NCBI GenBank assembly: GCA_026770705.1
Contig: JANJGN010002606.1
Coordinates: 1 to 64,000, forward strand
DNA: 64,000 nucleotides
Source: Isurus oxyrinchus
Lineage: Eukaryota
Reading direction: 5' to 3'
The position numbers were made by a program, and so were the translations under genes. Within the stretch, counting starts at the first letter, position 1. Every line of letters begins with the position of its first letter. A model generated the notes under the pieces. It was given only the letters and a program-made list of their open reading frames with translations, was not told the origin of the DNA and made no database searches. Of the stretch, positions 37,340 through 49,529 are shown piece after piece.

Positions 37340-39110
37340 TGTGTGGGAGGGCGGGAACGAGAGACCTGGAAGAGAGGCCTGAGGCCTAGCAGTGCCAGAA
37401 AGTGGAGGATGGCCGAAGGGAGCGATGAGCGTCGGTCGAAAGGGCAGAGAGGCGAGGAGAAAGTGCAGAGAGCCTGGGGGAAAAGGCAGAGAGCCGAGGG
37501 GGTTGGGGTGGAAGGGCAAAGAGCCGGGGGGTTTGGGGGGAAGGGAAGAGAGTCGGGGAAAAGGGCAGGGATCCAGCAAAAAGTGCATAAAGATTGGGCA
37601 AGGGTCAGCGAGCCCGGGAACGGTCAGCGATCCAGTGGAAAAGGTCAGAAAGCCGAGCGAAAGCGCAGAGACCCATGGAGTAAGTGCAGAGAGCTGGGGT
37701 AGAAAGCACAGGGAGGCGGGGGGTGGGGTGCAGTGCAGAGAGGCAGGAGGGGGAAAGGGCAAAGAGGCGGCGGGGGAAAGGGAAACGGTAGAGAGGCGGG
37801 GTGGAGGGCTGAGAGGCGGGGGTGCAGTGCGGAAAGGGCAGTAAAGCGGGGGGCAAAGGGCAGAGAGGCGGGAGGGGGAAAGGGCAGAGAGGCAGGAGGG
37901 GGAAAAGGCAGAGAGGCAGGAGAGGGAAAGGTCAGAGAGGCAGGAAGGAGAAAGGGCAGAGAGGCGGGAGGGGGAAAGGGCAGAGAGGCAGGAGGGGGAA
38001 AAGGCAGAGAGGCAGGAGAGGGAAAGGTCAGAGAGGCAGGAAGGAGAAAGGGCAGAGAGGCAGGAGGGGGAAAGGGCAGAGAGGCAGGAGGGGGAAAGGG
38101 CAGAGAGGCAGGAGGGAAAAAGGACAGAGAGGAGAGGAGGAAAGGGCAGGGAGGCCGGAGGAGGAAAGGGCAGAGAGGCCGGAGGGAAAAAGGGCAGAGA
38201 GGCGGGAGGGGGAAAGGGCAGAGAGGCGGGAGGGGAAATGGGCAGAGAGGCGGGAGGGGAAATGGGCAGAGAGGTGGGAGGGGAAATGGGCAGAGAGGTG
38301 GGAGGGGAAATGGGCAGAGAGGTGGGAGGGGAAATGGGCAGAGAGGCGGGAGGGGAAATGGGCAGAGAGGCGGGAGGGGGAAAGGGCAGAGAGGCGGGAG
38401 GGGAAATGGGCAGAAAGGTGGGAGGGGAAATGGGCAGAGAGGTGGGAGGGGAAATGGGCAGAGAGGCGGGGAGAAAGTGCTGAGAGGCGGGAGGGGGAAA
38501 GGGCAGAGAGGAGAGGAGGAAAGGGCAGAGAGGCGGGAGGGGGCAAAGGGCAGAGAGGTGGGAGGGCGAAGGGCAGAGAGGCGGGAGGGGGAAAGGGCAG
38601 GGAGGCGGGAGGGGAAAAGGGCAGAGAGGCCAGAGGGAAAAAGGGCAGAGAGGCAGAAGGGTGAAAGGGCAGAGAGGCTGGCGAGAAAGGGAAGAGAGGC
38701 GAGGGGTAAAGGGCAATGAGGCAGGAGGGGCAAAGGGCAGAGAAGCGGGAGGGCAAAGGGTAGAAGGGCCAGAGGAGGAAAGGGCAGAGAGACAGGAAGG
38801 GGAAAGGGCAGAGAGGTGGGAGGAGGAAAGGGCAGAGAGGCGGAGGGAGGAAAGGGCAGAGAGGCAGGAGGGGGAAAGGGCAGAGAGGCGGGAGGGGGCA
38901 AGTGCAGAGAGGAGGGTGGGGGTAAAGGGCAGAGAGGCAGGAGGGGGAAAGGGCAGAGAGGCGGGAGGGGGAAAGGGCAGAGAGGCAGAGGGAGGAAAGG
39001 GCAAAGAGGCGGGGGGAAAGGGCAGCGAAGCGGGCAGGGGGGAAGGGCTGAGAGGTGGGGGAATGGGGAAGGGCAGCGAGGTGGGCAAAAGTGCAGAGAG
39101 CCGGAATACA
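37340..39110 (+). repeat. G-rich purine tandem array, 24-bp unit gggcagagaggcgggagggggaaa
   Basis: Regular core at about 37730-39060; appears as GREAGGGK 8-mers in the ORF track. Confidence 0.95.
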
Positions 39111-39589
39111 GTGGGGACATCCGGGCGAAAGCATTTGTGAGCCGAGGCTCCAGGCACCCTGGGCCCCATTCTCTCTCTCTCTCTCTCTCTCTCCCTCATT
39201 GCATCTCCTCCTCCTGAAATCCTTTCCGTTCCTGGGGAAAGGCGATAAGTGCCTAGGAGAGAAAGGAGACAATGTCTCAGTGCGCTCCCCCCCCCACCCC
39301 CTCACCCCGGCCCCACTGGCTTCCTACACCTTCCTCCAGTGGGTGTTCACTGCCCCTCCAATCACAACCTGTTTGTCTCCCACTTTTCCTGCTGATAGGC
39401 CCACTAGTCAGGCTATCAGCAGCTAACGGGGTAGGGGGTGCGCCTGAGATTGGGGGAGCATCTCCTTACAGATATCTTCAACTCCACTTACCTGCCTTAC
39501 TAGCATTTTGAACAACGGCTCCGGGGGCCAGACAGAGGGGCTTCGGGGGCCACAATCCAGTGACAGGACATGGATTGGACAAGCCCATA

Positions 39590-41170
39590 ATAAAGGAAAA
39601 TAAGGAAATGGGCAGAGAAGTTGGCCAAATACTTTGGCCTTAACGAGGTGGTTACTAAAATGGCAGAGGCATTGGTTTTAATTTTCCAAACTTCCCGAGA
39701 TTCTGGAACAGTCTAATCAGGTTGGAAAATAGAGAATGAGGCTTTCTCTTAAATAAAGGAGGGAAAGGGAAAGCAAGAAACTACAGGCCAGTTAGCTTAA
39801 CATCTGTCAGAGCGAAAATGTTTTAATCTTTTCTTAAGGAGTATATCACGGGTCACCAAGAAAATCCGAATGCAAATATGGAGATCCATCATGGTTTTGT
39901 GAAAGGGAAATCAATCACATTTGGCTGATTTATTTGAGGTCTTTGAAGTAAGAAGGAACATGAATAAAGGAGAACCTGTGGGTGTGCTCTACTTGGACTT
40001 CCAAAAGGCATTTGACAAAGTAGCACATCAAGGTTACTACACAAAATAGTGGTGTTGGCAGTAACATTTCAGCATGGATAGAAGTTTGGTTAGCTAATGG
40101 GAAACAGAATAGGGATAAATTGGTTATTTTAGATTGGCAAGATGTGACAAGTGGAGTTCCACAGGGATCAATGCTGCGGCCTCAACTATTTACAATTTAT
40201 AACAATGACTTGAATTAAAGGACTGAATGAATTTGCTAAATTTGCTGATAACACAAAAATAGATAGTAAAGTAAATGGTGAAGAGAGGTTAAAGATCAGC
40301 AAAGGGATATCGATAGGTTAATTGAGTGGGCAAAAAAATGACAGATGGAGTATAATCTGGGAAAATATAAACTTGTCCACTTTGGCAGGAAGAATACAAA
40401 AGCAGCGTATTATTGAAAGGGAGAGAGATGGCAGAACCCTGAGGTACAGAGGGATGTGGATCCCTTGGTGCATGAATCACAAAAAGTTATAATACAGGAA
40501 CAGCAAGTGATGAGGAAGGCAAAGGGAATGTTGGCATTTATCACAAGGGGAACAGAATATAATGGAAGGATATTTTGCTACTGTTTAACGGGGTGGCGAT
40601 GAGACCTCGTCTGAATTACTGTGTACAGATTTGGTCTCGTTTAAGAAAGGATATAAAAGCATTAGAAGCTGTTCAGAGAATGTTCGTTCAAATGATACTG
40701 GGAGGTGTCGTCAGTTATCTTATGAGGAAAGTTTGGATAGGCTGGGCCTGTAACCATCGGAGTTTAGAAGAATAAGAGCTCATTTTATTCAAACATATAA
40801 AATCCTGAGGGGAATTAACAGGGTGGAAGCTGAAAGGATGTTTCCTCTTGTGAGACAGACTAACGATAGGGAACACGGTTTAAAAATAAGAGGTCTCCCA
40901 TTTCAGACAGAAATGAGGGGATTTTATTTTTTCTTTCAATGACTCGTGAAACTTTGGAACTCTTCCCCAGAGACCGATGGAGGAGGAGTCATTAATATTT
41001 CAAGGCAGAGGTAGAGAGATTCTTCATTGACAAGGGAGTCAAAGGTTAGCCGAGAGGAGGCGGGAATGTAGAGTTCACGCCACAATCGGATCAGCTATGA
41101 TCGGTAGTGAATGGTGGAGGAGGCCCCAGAGGCCGAATGGCCTACTCCTGCTACTGATCCGCACGTTCAC
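39590..41170 (+). mobile_element. CR1 LINE ORF2 RT plus 3' end in the JH-Cmu intron, decayed
   Basis: NYRPVSLTS, YLDFQKAFDKV, SGVPQGS and KFADNT motifs, interrupted by stops. Confidence 0.9.
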
Positions 41171-41730
41171 ATGTACATACGATTGGAAAATATCGTACTA
41201 ACAGTCACTGGTATTCAGTTTAGGGTTCTATGGTCATTATATAGGTACCATTACAAAGGTACTTTCGAAGTGTTATTGCTGTTCTTTGTTTTGGGGGGGA
41301 TGTGGAGAGGGGAGGGGGCATCAGGAAATTTGAACAGAGCCAATTTTCAAAGCTGCAATGATATAAATGATGAGACAAATTCTCTATCACCACGTGCTGT
41401 TGATTGAGAAATAAATGGTGCCAAAATAATGGGGAAGATGCTCTGCTCTTCCATTTTAATCCACTGAAAGGTACGTCATTCAGATAACATCAAAATGTTC
41501 TCTTTTAGTAATGGGATAGAGGCGGAAAAAGAGGTGTGGGTTTCTAAAGAGGGAACCGACAAGTGAGGGTCACCAAATGATGGAAATAATAAATGATCAA
41601 ATGTGGATGTGGGCTTTAGTTGGAATATATTTGGATATGTTTATAGTTCTAGTCTAATGTCGAGTTGTTTGGTTACTTAATGATCACAAATCACAGAGTC
41701 TAACTTGTTCGATCGGCCATTCTTTCCCAG

Positions 41731-42030
41731 CGACACCGTCTTCGCCCACTCTCTACAGCCTGGTCTCCTCCTGTCAGCAACACAACCCCGACGGCTCCGT
41801 CACCTATGGCTGTTTGGCGATGGACTACTCCCCAGAAATCACCAGCCTGACCTGGAAGAAAGATGGGCAGCAGATCACCACTGGATTTAAGACATACCCG
41901 TCAGTGAGAAACCAGAAGGGAACTTTCACCCTGAGCAGCCAGTTAACCATCACCAAGTCAGAGGGAGAATGCAGCAAAATCAAGTGTGAGGTTCGATACA
42001 GCGGCTCAGACAAGAGCATTGAAATGCACT
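41731..42030 (+). CDS. IGHM: IgM CH1 exon
   Basis: (A)[14 protein letters not shown]...YGCLAMDY...WKK...CEVRY; 300 nt, phase 1/1, AG and GT boundaries. Confidence 0.95.
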
Positions 42031-42244
42031 GTAAGTGTTGGGGAACCTGTGAGAAACAGAAAGACTGTGATTGACCTGTATAGAGTCTTGGCTGTAACGC
42101 ATTTATAATACTCTGCATTGTTCTGATCCCTGGAAATTCCAAGTTCGTGTCCATTGACCGCAAAGAGCCTGTTAAAATATAAGAACTTATTGTATCTGTT
42201 ATCAATTTCTTCTGCAAGAAATGGCTAACCTTTGTTTTTTGAAG

Positions 42245-42559
42245 GTCCTCGTCCTGACTTACCTCCAACTGTTCTCCTCACCGTGAGTTCCAGGGATGAA
42301 ATCACAACCAAAAAATTTGCAACCGCCGTCTGTTCAATCATCGATTTCCGTCCGAAGCCAATCACCGTGAAGTGGCTGAAAAATGGACAACCCATGAATT
42401 CAGGAATTGTCACCTCTCCCGCCTTTGAAATGAACGGGAACTTCTCGGCGACCAGTCGGCTGCAAGTCTCCGCTGGGGAATGGTTCAGCGACGCGGTCTA
42501 TACCTGTCAGGTCACTCACCAAGGGGTCACCCAAAGTCGAAACGCCACCAAGTGTGAGG
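42245..42559 (+). CDS. IGHM: IgM CH2 exon
   Basis: PPTVLLT...VCSIIDF...WLKNG...YTCQVTH; 315 nt, phase 1/1. Confidence 0.95.
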
Positions 42560-43183
42560 GTAAGAAATACAAACCGTGGAAGCAATAGATCATTCTGCAC
42601 ACCGGTGTTAATCAAATCAGGAATTTATTGGAGTTAGTAGAAAGCACGAAACAACATCTAATTTACTATCATATAGTTGGTGTTTCATTCCGATGTAAGG
42701 GCTGCATTCGGATTATTCACCATTCAGGATTTGATCACATCACGTCTCTGCACTGACGTCATAGAGTGTGTGAGGTGGACTTGATATCAGCTTTACCTTG
42801 AGTCAGCAGATCATATTTGGAGAGGCAGAAGGTGTCTGGAACCCTTCACTGGTAACAGCTTCGAGACAGAGTGTTGGAAAGTGCACCCACCCTTTTTATA
42901 AAACATATTTCAGTCCTGCATTCCAGGGCCCAGGAATGATACATTTGTATTGGGACTGGGGCAACGCAGATTTATGAGAATGTTACCGGGGCTGAACGAC
43001 TTAAATTATGAGAACAATTTACACAGACCAAGCTGGTTTTCCATTGTGTAAAGAAGATTAAAAACGATAGTTAGAGGTTGATATGTCCAAGGTGATTTAT
43101 TCTCCTTCAGGGAGTGAAGACTGAATACTGCTGTCCTGCTTCTGAAGGTGAAACTTTGGTTGATTTTCATTTCTGTCTCACAG

Positions 43184-43495
43184 GTGATCACCAATGCCTC
43201 AACGATCCCACAATTACTCTATTGCCACCTCCAATAGAACAAGTCTTACTGGAGGCGACCGTGACCTTAACCTGCATCGTTTCTAATGCACCTTATGGAG
43301 TCCTCGTGTCCTGGACACAAGAGAAGAAGCCTTTGAAATCAGAGATTGCCGTCCAACCGGGAGAGGATCCCGACAGCATGGTCAGCAACGTAAACATCTC
43401 GACACAAGCCTGGCTGAGTGGGGCTGAGTTCTACTGCGTGGTGAGCCATCAGGATCTGCCGACTCCTTTAAGAAGTTCCATCCACAAGGAACCAG
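43184..43495 (+). CDS. IGHM: IgM CH3 exon
   Basis: [19 protein letters not shown]...[15 protein letters not shown]; 312 nt, phase 1/1. Confidence 0.95.
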
Positions 43496-43879
43496 GTGAG
43501 CGGTGAGATTGAAGCAATAAGTTGTTCAATGTGTCTATTTCCAGTGTAAATGTAAGGATCAATATTTACTATTCAGTGTATTCATGGTCTACTCTGATTA
43601 GCAATTTCGCCAACGAAACGCCCTGGGCCTGTGGACTTTCAGGAGGAAATTGATAAGTAGATGAATGAACAATGAATTGAAGGCTGTGCCATTGGGTTTA
43701 GATGAAGCAAGATGGGAGGAGCCTGGTGCGAAGCTGAAACACCAACATGGACCAGTTGGGCAGAATGGCCTGTTTCTATGCTGTAAACTTTGAGAAACTT
43801 TCTCGTCCAACCCTATAAGTTCTCAAGGAAAAGGATTGTGCCACCTCTGCTCCGAGCTGGAAAGCCGGACAGATCCCAA

Positions 43880-44090
43880 ACTATTTTATTTATTAATTCA
43901 TGGGATGTGGGCGTCGCTGGCTGGGCCAGAGTTATTGCCCATCCCTAATTGCCCTTGACAAGGTGGTGGTGAGCTGCCTTCTTGAACCACTGTAGTCCAT
44001 GTGGTGTAGATACACCCACAGTGCTGTTAGGAAGGGAGTTCCAGAATTTTGATTCAGCTATAGTGAAGGATCGGTGATATATTTCCAAGA
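43880..44090 (-). mobile_element. LINE/SINE 3' tail in the CH3-CH4 intron
   Basis: Same tail as 4685 and 23428. Confidence 0.75.
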
Positions 44091-44209
44091 AGTGGATAAT
44101 GAAAAACCTTAATATTCATCACAAAACACGTTACTCTCACATCTAACCAGTGGTTTCATTGTCTATGAATGTATCCAGTTTATTAACATTTATTGTACAT
44201 TTTCTGCAG

Positions 44210-44601
44210 TTAAAGCCCCGCGGGAACCGTCCGTGTCTGTCCTCCTACCCTCGGCAGAACATGTCTCCGCTCAGGGATTCGTCTCCCTCAGCTGCTTAGT
44301 GACAGGTTTCTCCCCGCGAGAGATTTTCGTCAAGTGGACCGTCAATGACAAGCCGGTGAATCCCGGGAACTACAAGAACACCGAGGTAGTGGCGGAGAAC
44401 GGCAATCGCTCCTTCTTCATGTACAGCCTGTTATCCATTGCAGCGGAGGAGTGGGCCAGCGGAGCTCCTTACTCCTGTGTGGTGGGACATGAAGCGATCC
44501 CCTTGAAGATCATCAACAGAACGGTTGATAAATCCAGCGGTAAACCGAGTTTTGTGAACATTTCCCTTGCACTGATGGACACCGTTAATTCATGTCAATG
44601 A
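44210..44601 (+). CDS. IGHM: IgM CH4 exon plus secretory tailpiece
   Basis: ...[11 protein letters not shown]...[24 protein letters not shown], with an NIS sequon and penultimate Cys. Internal donor G/GTAAAC at 44539/44540 serves the membrane form. Confidence 0.97.
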
Positions 44602-44628
44602 GAATCTCTCGGTTACATTTCAAACTTC

Positions 44629-44644
44629 AATAAAAAATAATAAA
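44629..44644 (+). terminator. Polyadenylation signals for secreted IgM
   Basis: AATAAA at 44629 and 44639, just after the stop. Confidence 0.75.
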
Positions 44645-45034
44645 GTCCTTTTCTCCAATCGTGATTTAAATACACAGTCGTTTAAGTAATGTTGTTTTCC
44701 AATTTTGCTAATTTTAGACGTGTTTTGTTAAAATCGGATACTCACAGGGCTCAGACCCAAGTCTTGTACACCCAGTGCTCCCAGCTCAGATACACCCTGG
44801 GTTAGAGACAGAGTAAAGCTCATTCATTACAGGATTCTGCAAAATAGCTTCACCAGCTCTCCTCCAGCTGAGGAGAAATCTGACAATTTCTCATTTCCAA
44901 TAAACAAACACAGCACATTTAGATCTCGGTGTTCCTGCTTCTCTTGTCTTCCATCCCTTTAAAATGGATGTCAGCTTTAAGCTTCTGCACCACACCCACG
45001 GGGAACTGAAGTGAGGGTCACGCAGAAATATGTC

Positions 45035-45550
45035 CCAACAATCCCCCATCAGAGAGAGGGGGAAGGGAAATTGTTACCCCATTGCACCTCCACCTCCCCA
45101 ACAGAGAGAGGGGGAGCGGAAATTGCTAACCCACTGTACCCCGACTTCTCCAACAGAGAAAGGGGAGGGGAAATTGTTAACCCAATGTACCCCCACTTCC
45201 CCAGAGAGAGTGGAAGGGGACATTGTTAAACCACTGCACCTTCACTTCCACAACAGCAGGTGGTGGTGGGGGGGAATTGTTTAACCACTGTACCCCCACT
45301 TTCCCAACAGAGAGAGGGGAAGGCAAACTGGTAAACCACTGTACCTCCACTTACCTGAGATAGAAAACTGAAAGGAAAATTTTAAGCCAATTTTATCTCC
45401 ACTTGCTAAACAAAAAGACAAGGAAGGCCATTGGTTAACCCGGTGTGTTTCCACCTTCTCAGCAGAGAGAACCGAAAGGGAAATTGCTTAGACAACCAGA
45501 CAGAGCAAAACTATTAACTCACTGGACCCTCAGTCCCCTAGTAGAGAATC
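45035..45550. repeat. ~52-bp minisatellite
   Basis: agagagagggggaagggaaattgttaacccactgtacccccacttcccaac units at 45051, 45103, 45155 and onward. Confidence 0.8.
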
Positions 45551-45959
45551 TGGAAGGGAATGGGTCTCTACTATAAGGACTCAGTTAACAACAGTCGAAG
45601 TCAGCTTCTAGCTTACTGGCCACAGATTTTAAACTCCCATCATGCTTGGGATGTTGTAAAAACGTCTACTTATGCAACATAACTTGAAGATGTTTTAACA
45701 CTCTTGCCCTGTTAAGCTTATGCTAAGATTGATTTCCCATCATCCAAATCTAAACTGGTGACTGAATCCTCCCTGGGTTGTTCAAGGTTCTGTCCCTGAA
45801 TTTTTATGAGGCACATGGTTGATTCTTTGCATTCGTTCATCTGATATCACCTTGCATCTCACAGAAAACATGTTTATACACAGAACTTTGAAAATATTCA
45901 CCGGATTTTTCACCGTCAAGGTCAGACTCGATCATTGGTATCTGGTGAACTTTGGAAAA

Positions 45960-47090
45960 ATAGTAAAAATACACACAGCTGACACAAATTGACAAACAAA
46001 AAACACGTCTACACACACACATAGGCACAGACACACTGACACAAACGCACACAGGTACAAGCAGACACATGTACACCAACACATGCGGAACCACACAAAG
46101 ACAGACAGACACACATAGACAAATATACACACACGTGCACACACACGCAGACACACACGCACACAATCACAAACACATGGACACAGATGCACAAACATAC
46201 ACAGACACACACGTACACACATAAACAAATACACACGCACAATCACACACATTCATAAACACACACACAATCACACACATACAGAAATACACACACTGAC
46301 ACACTCGCTCACACACATATACACAATCACAAACACACACAAACAGATAAAACCAGACAAGCAGACTCATACAAGGATACAAAGCACAAATGTAACTTTT
46401 AGCATATGCATTATCACACGTTCACAATGAAAGAAATACAGACAGAAAGACACACACGATCGTACACATTAAAACAATGCATGGACATACATTAACACAT
46501 GCACACACATGAGCAGACAACACCCAGATACAAAAACACAGAGAAACCGACTAACACATTCACAGACACCCATGTGGACACAAACATGAACATACTCATA
46601 CACACTAGAACACAAAAAACACATGTTGGTACATATGAAAACATAAACACGCATTGATACATAGTTCTAAATATCGATCAACACACAAATGCACACATTA
46701 AAAACCTTATTTCTCTCTCGCTGTGTCATACACACAGACGCTGTGACACAGACATTAATATGCTGACACACAGTGGAATACAAAAAGACACATTAACACT
46801 CATATTAGCAGGCAGGAACTCGTAAACACACATTAACTCAGATAGTAATAAGTCAACATAGACAACAATACACAAACACGCACAATAACACACTCATACA
46901 TACACATCAGCAGAAAAACCAAATATACATACAGACGCAGACACAAAAATACACAAATCAGCACTCATTAGCACATGAACACACATATTAACACACATGC
47001 ACACCTATGGACACACAAACAACCAGTAATGCAAAGTGCGAGATACTCATGCAGATACACACAAAAGCTAAAACACAACACAGAGGCCAG
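45960..47090. repeat. Degenerate (CA)n-rich tract
   Basis: Direct inspection. Confidence 0.85.
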
Positions 47091-47620
47091 GCTATTGAAG
47101 AAAGTATAATTCAAATGTACTTTTCTAACGGGCATATCCTCCGGCAATTGTCTCTATTACATAATAACCCGATAAACACACTGAAACAATGCTCTTACTG
47201 AGAAACTGATTTAAATTAATGATGCACCAAATATTCCCATCACAAATAGACAAACAAGATGGGAACTCATATCCGAGATTTTAAAAAGCAACGTCCACAG
47301 TTTCCAAATAAGTAGCTCAGTGAATCTCTCCCGATACCCATCATAATATTCTCCAATAATAGATCATACGAAATTGTTCAAAAATAACCTGATACTGGAG
47401 AAAATTTGCCATATTTTCTGACATGGACTGTACAAAGATTGTAAAGGGAGAACAGCTGTGGAGATAGGTACAGAGATAGGTTACTGAGTGTCACTTAATA
47501 GTAGATATACATTGAACATTGAATACATTAATAACTTATGAAAGAGTAAAGGAAATATTTTTAAAATGATATCCTAGATTAGTAAACAATCTAATTATAT
47601 TTCCTCATATATCCCCGTAG

Positions 47621-47748
47621 ATTCCACAGACCGCATCTGGATTGAAGACTCTGAGGATGATAATGGCAACATCTGGACAACTGCTTCCACATTCATCATC
47701 CTGTTCTTCCTGAGCATTTTCTACAGCACTGCCGTCACTCTGGCGAAG
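47621..47748 (+). CDS. IGHM: IgM membrane exon TM1
   Basis: (D)[42 protein letters not shown]: acidic spacer plus the conserved antigen-receptor TM motif, with AG/GT boundaries. Missed by the ORF track. Confidence 0.95.
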
Positions 47749-47886
47749 GTGAGAAGATTCAATCCACTCACACTTCAAACTGACAGAAGTGGTTTGAAAT
47801 ATCTCTCAATGTTTCATTGATTAGAACTCTAACATAATAATCCCAGATTATAAACATCTGCTTCATTATTTCATCCTCTTTTACAG

Positions 47887-47895
47887 ATCAAGTGA
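47887..47895 (+). CDS. IGHM: IgM membrane exon TM2 (IK*)
   Basis: ttttacag ATC AAG TGA gives a KIK cytoplasmic tail; AATAAA at 47989 and 48311. Confidence 0.88.
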   Translation: MK

Positions 47896-48482
47896 CCGGT
47901 TGAATTTTGGACACCGTAGATTTTCCTCAGCTCTTTATTGAGATCTCTGTATTCCGAATTTAAAATATATCCTCTCGGTGACTGTAAAAATAAAATACCT
48001 TCAGTTTATGTTTCCCAATTTGTAACTGAGACAATCATGAACGGTATTTCCGTTTCTCTGTTTCAAATGTGCGAGATAATCGTGATTCATTGTAACAGCA
48101 GCTTATAATTTCCCACTAGTTTGAATTCCCTGTGTAAATAAGTAACTTTTCTCATTCCTCATTCCCAATTAATCCCTTCCCTTCATATTGAGCTCCTGTT
48201 TTCTCTTTCTGGTGTCTGTTACAGTTGTACACACAGTTGGCAGCTCAGAGTGAATGTACTCTGTTCTCAAAGTGACTCTCAGTGATTATATTCACTTCAG
48301 TTAACTTTAAAATAAACTTTTCTGTAAAATGTTCCCTGAAATTGTTAATAAATCATGAATGTGAAACGAACTGACTTTGCTGAACTCCTTTCTCTCAGAC
48401 CCATCGACACCGCTCCATTTTTCCTATTACACTGTTTTCCCCCCTTCTCCCAAGCAAGCATTTTTAACCAGTCTTGTCTGGG

Positions 48483-48590
48483 ATCTGAAACAAAAACAGA
48501 AAATGTTGGAAAAACTCAGCAGGTCTCAGCATGTGTGGAGACAGAAAACGGAGTTAACGTTTCGAGTCCTCATGACTTCTTCAGAGCTCA
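48483..48590 (-). mobile_element. Short Penelope-derived element with hammerhead core (copy D)
   Basis: Minus strand reads GAGCT CTGAAGA AGTC atgag GACT C GAAAC GTT AACTC. Confidence 0.78.
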
Positions 48591-48889
48591 AGATCCTTCA
48601 GTGAAAGAGTCACCGCGCCACCAAGCGACCCATCGGTGTTAATACACCTTTACCTCTGCCTTTTTATGGCAAATTCCAGAGGCAAAATGATTGCACAGCG
48701 AGGAGAATCTCGGTGATTTCACTCATACTCAGGCCTGTCACAGTCACATGTCAGGTAATTGTAAACAGCAGGGATCAGCTTAATCAGAGGTCCATATAGG
48801 ACAGTATATGGAGGATGAAAGTTTCCTTTACACTGTCCCATTAAACACTCCCAGCGTCGGTGCAGCAGGGTTTAGATAGAGAGAAAAAG

Positions 48890-49225
48890 TTTTTTTCCCC
48901 TCTTTATCCTTTCATGAGATATGGTGTCGCTAGCAAGGCTGCTCTGAACAGTTCACCTTCCGAGGCCATTTCAGAGGGCAGTTAACTGTCAACCGCATTG
49001 CTGTGGACCTGGAATCACATGTCGGCCATGCCAGATGAAGATGACAGATTTCCTCCCCGAAAGGACTTGAGTGCAGCAGATGGGTTTTTACGACATTCGG
49101 TGATAGTTGTCATGGTCACCATCACTGAGGCCAGTTTTCAATTCCAGATTTTATTAATTGAACTCACATTCCAGCAGCTGCCATGTTGGGATTTGAAGCC
49201 CAGCCCCCAGAGCATTCACCTGGAC
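48890..49225 (-). mobile_element. tRNA-derived SINE fragment
   Basis: Reverse complement of the family at 27258. Confidence 0.7.
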
Positions 49226-49529
49226 TCTCTCTACCTTGTCCGATTAAACACTCACAAGGCAGAATCGTCACAGGCCACCTTCTCAAGTCTATTAGGGATG
49301 GGCAAAAAATGCTGGCCCAGACAGCCGTGCCCACATTGCATAAATGAATAACAAAAAATACGTATATACCACAGACAGTACAGTTGATACAAACCATTGG
49401 ATGATTCCTAGAGACTAGGGCCGATCGAAGAGCAATTCTGCAAATTATTACCACAGTTTGGGGCTTATCAGGGACACTAGGGAGCATCGTGGAAATTCCC
49501 AGGCACTGCAGCCTGCCTGATGCAACAAA

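Noticed and set aside
37331-39305. Long ORFs of 622, 491, 425, 328 and 280 aa
   Set aside because: Artefacts of a stop-free 24-bp G-rich repeat that is open in nearly all frames on both strands, inside an intron.
29568-47895. IgNAR, IgW or germline-joined IgM assignment
   Set aside because: Four C domains with a mu-type tailpiece, a conventional VH with full FR2/CDR2, and separate D and J segments with intact RSS indicate conventional rearranging IgM.
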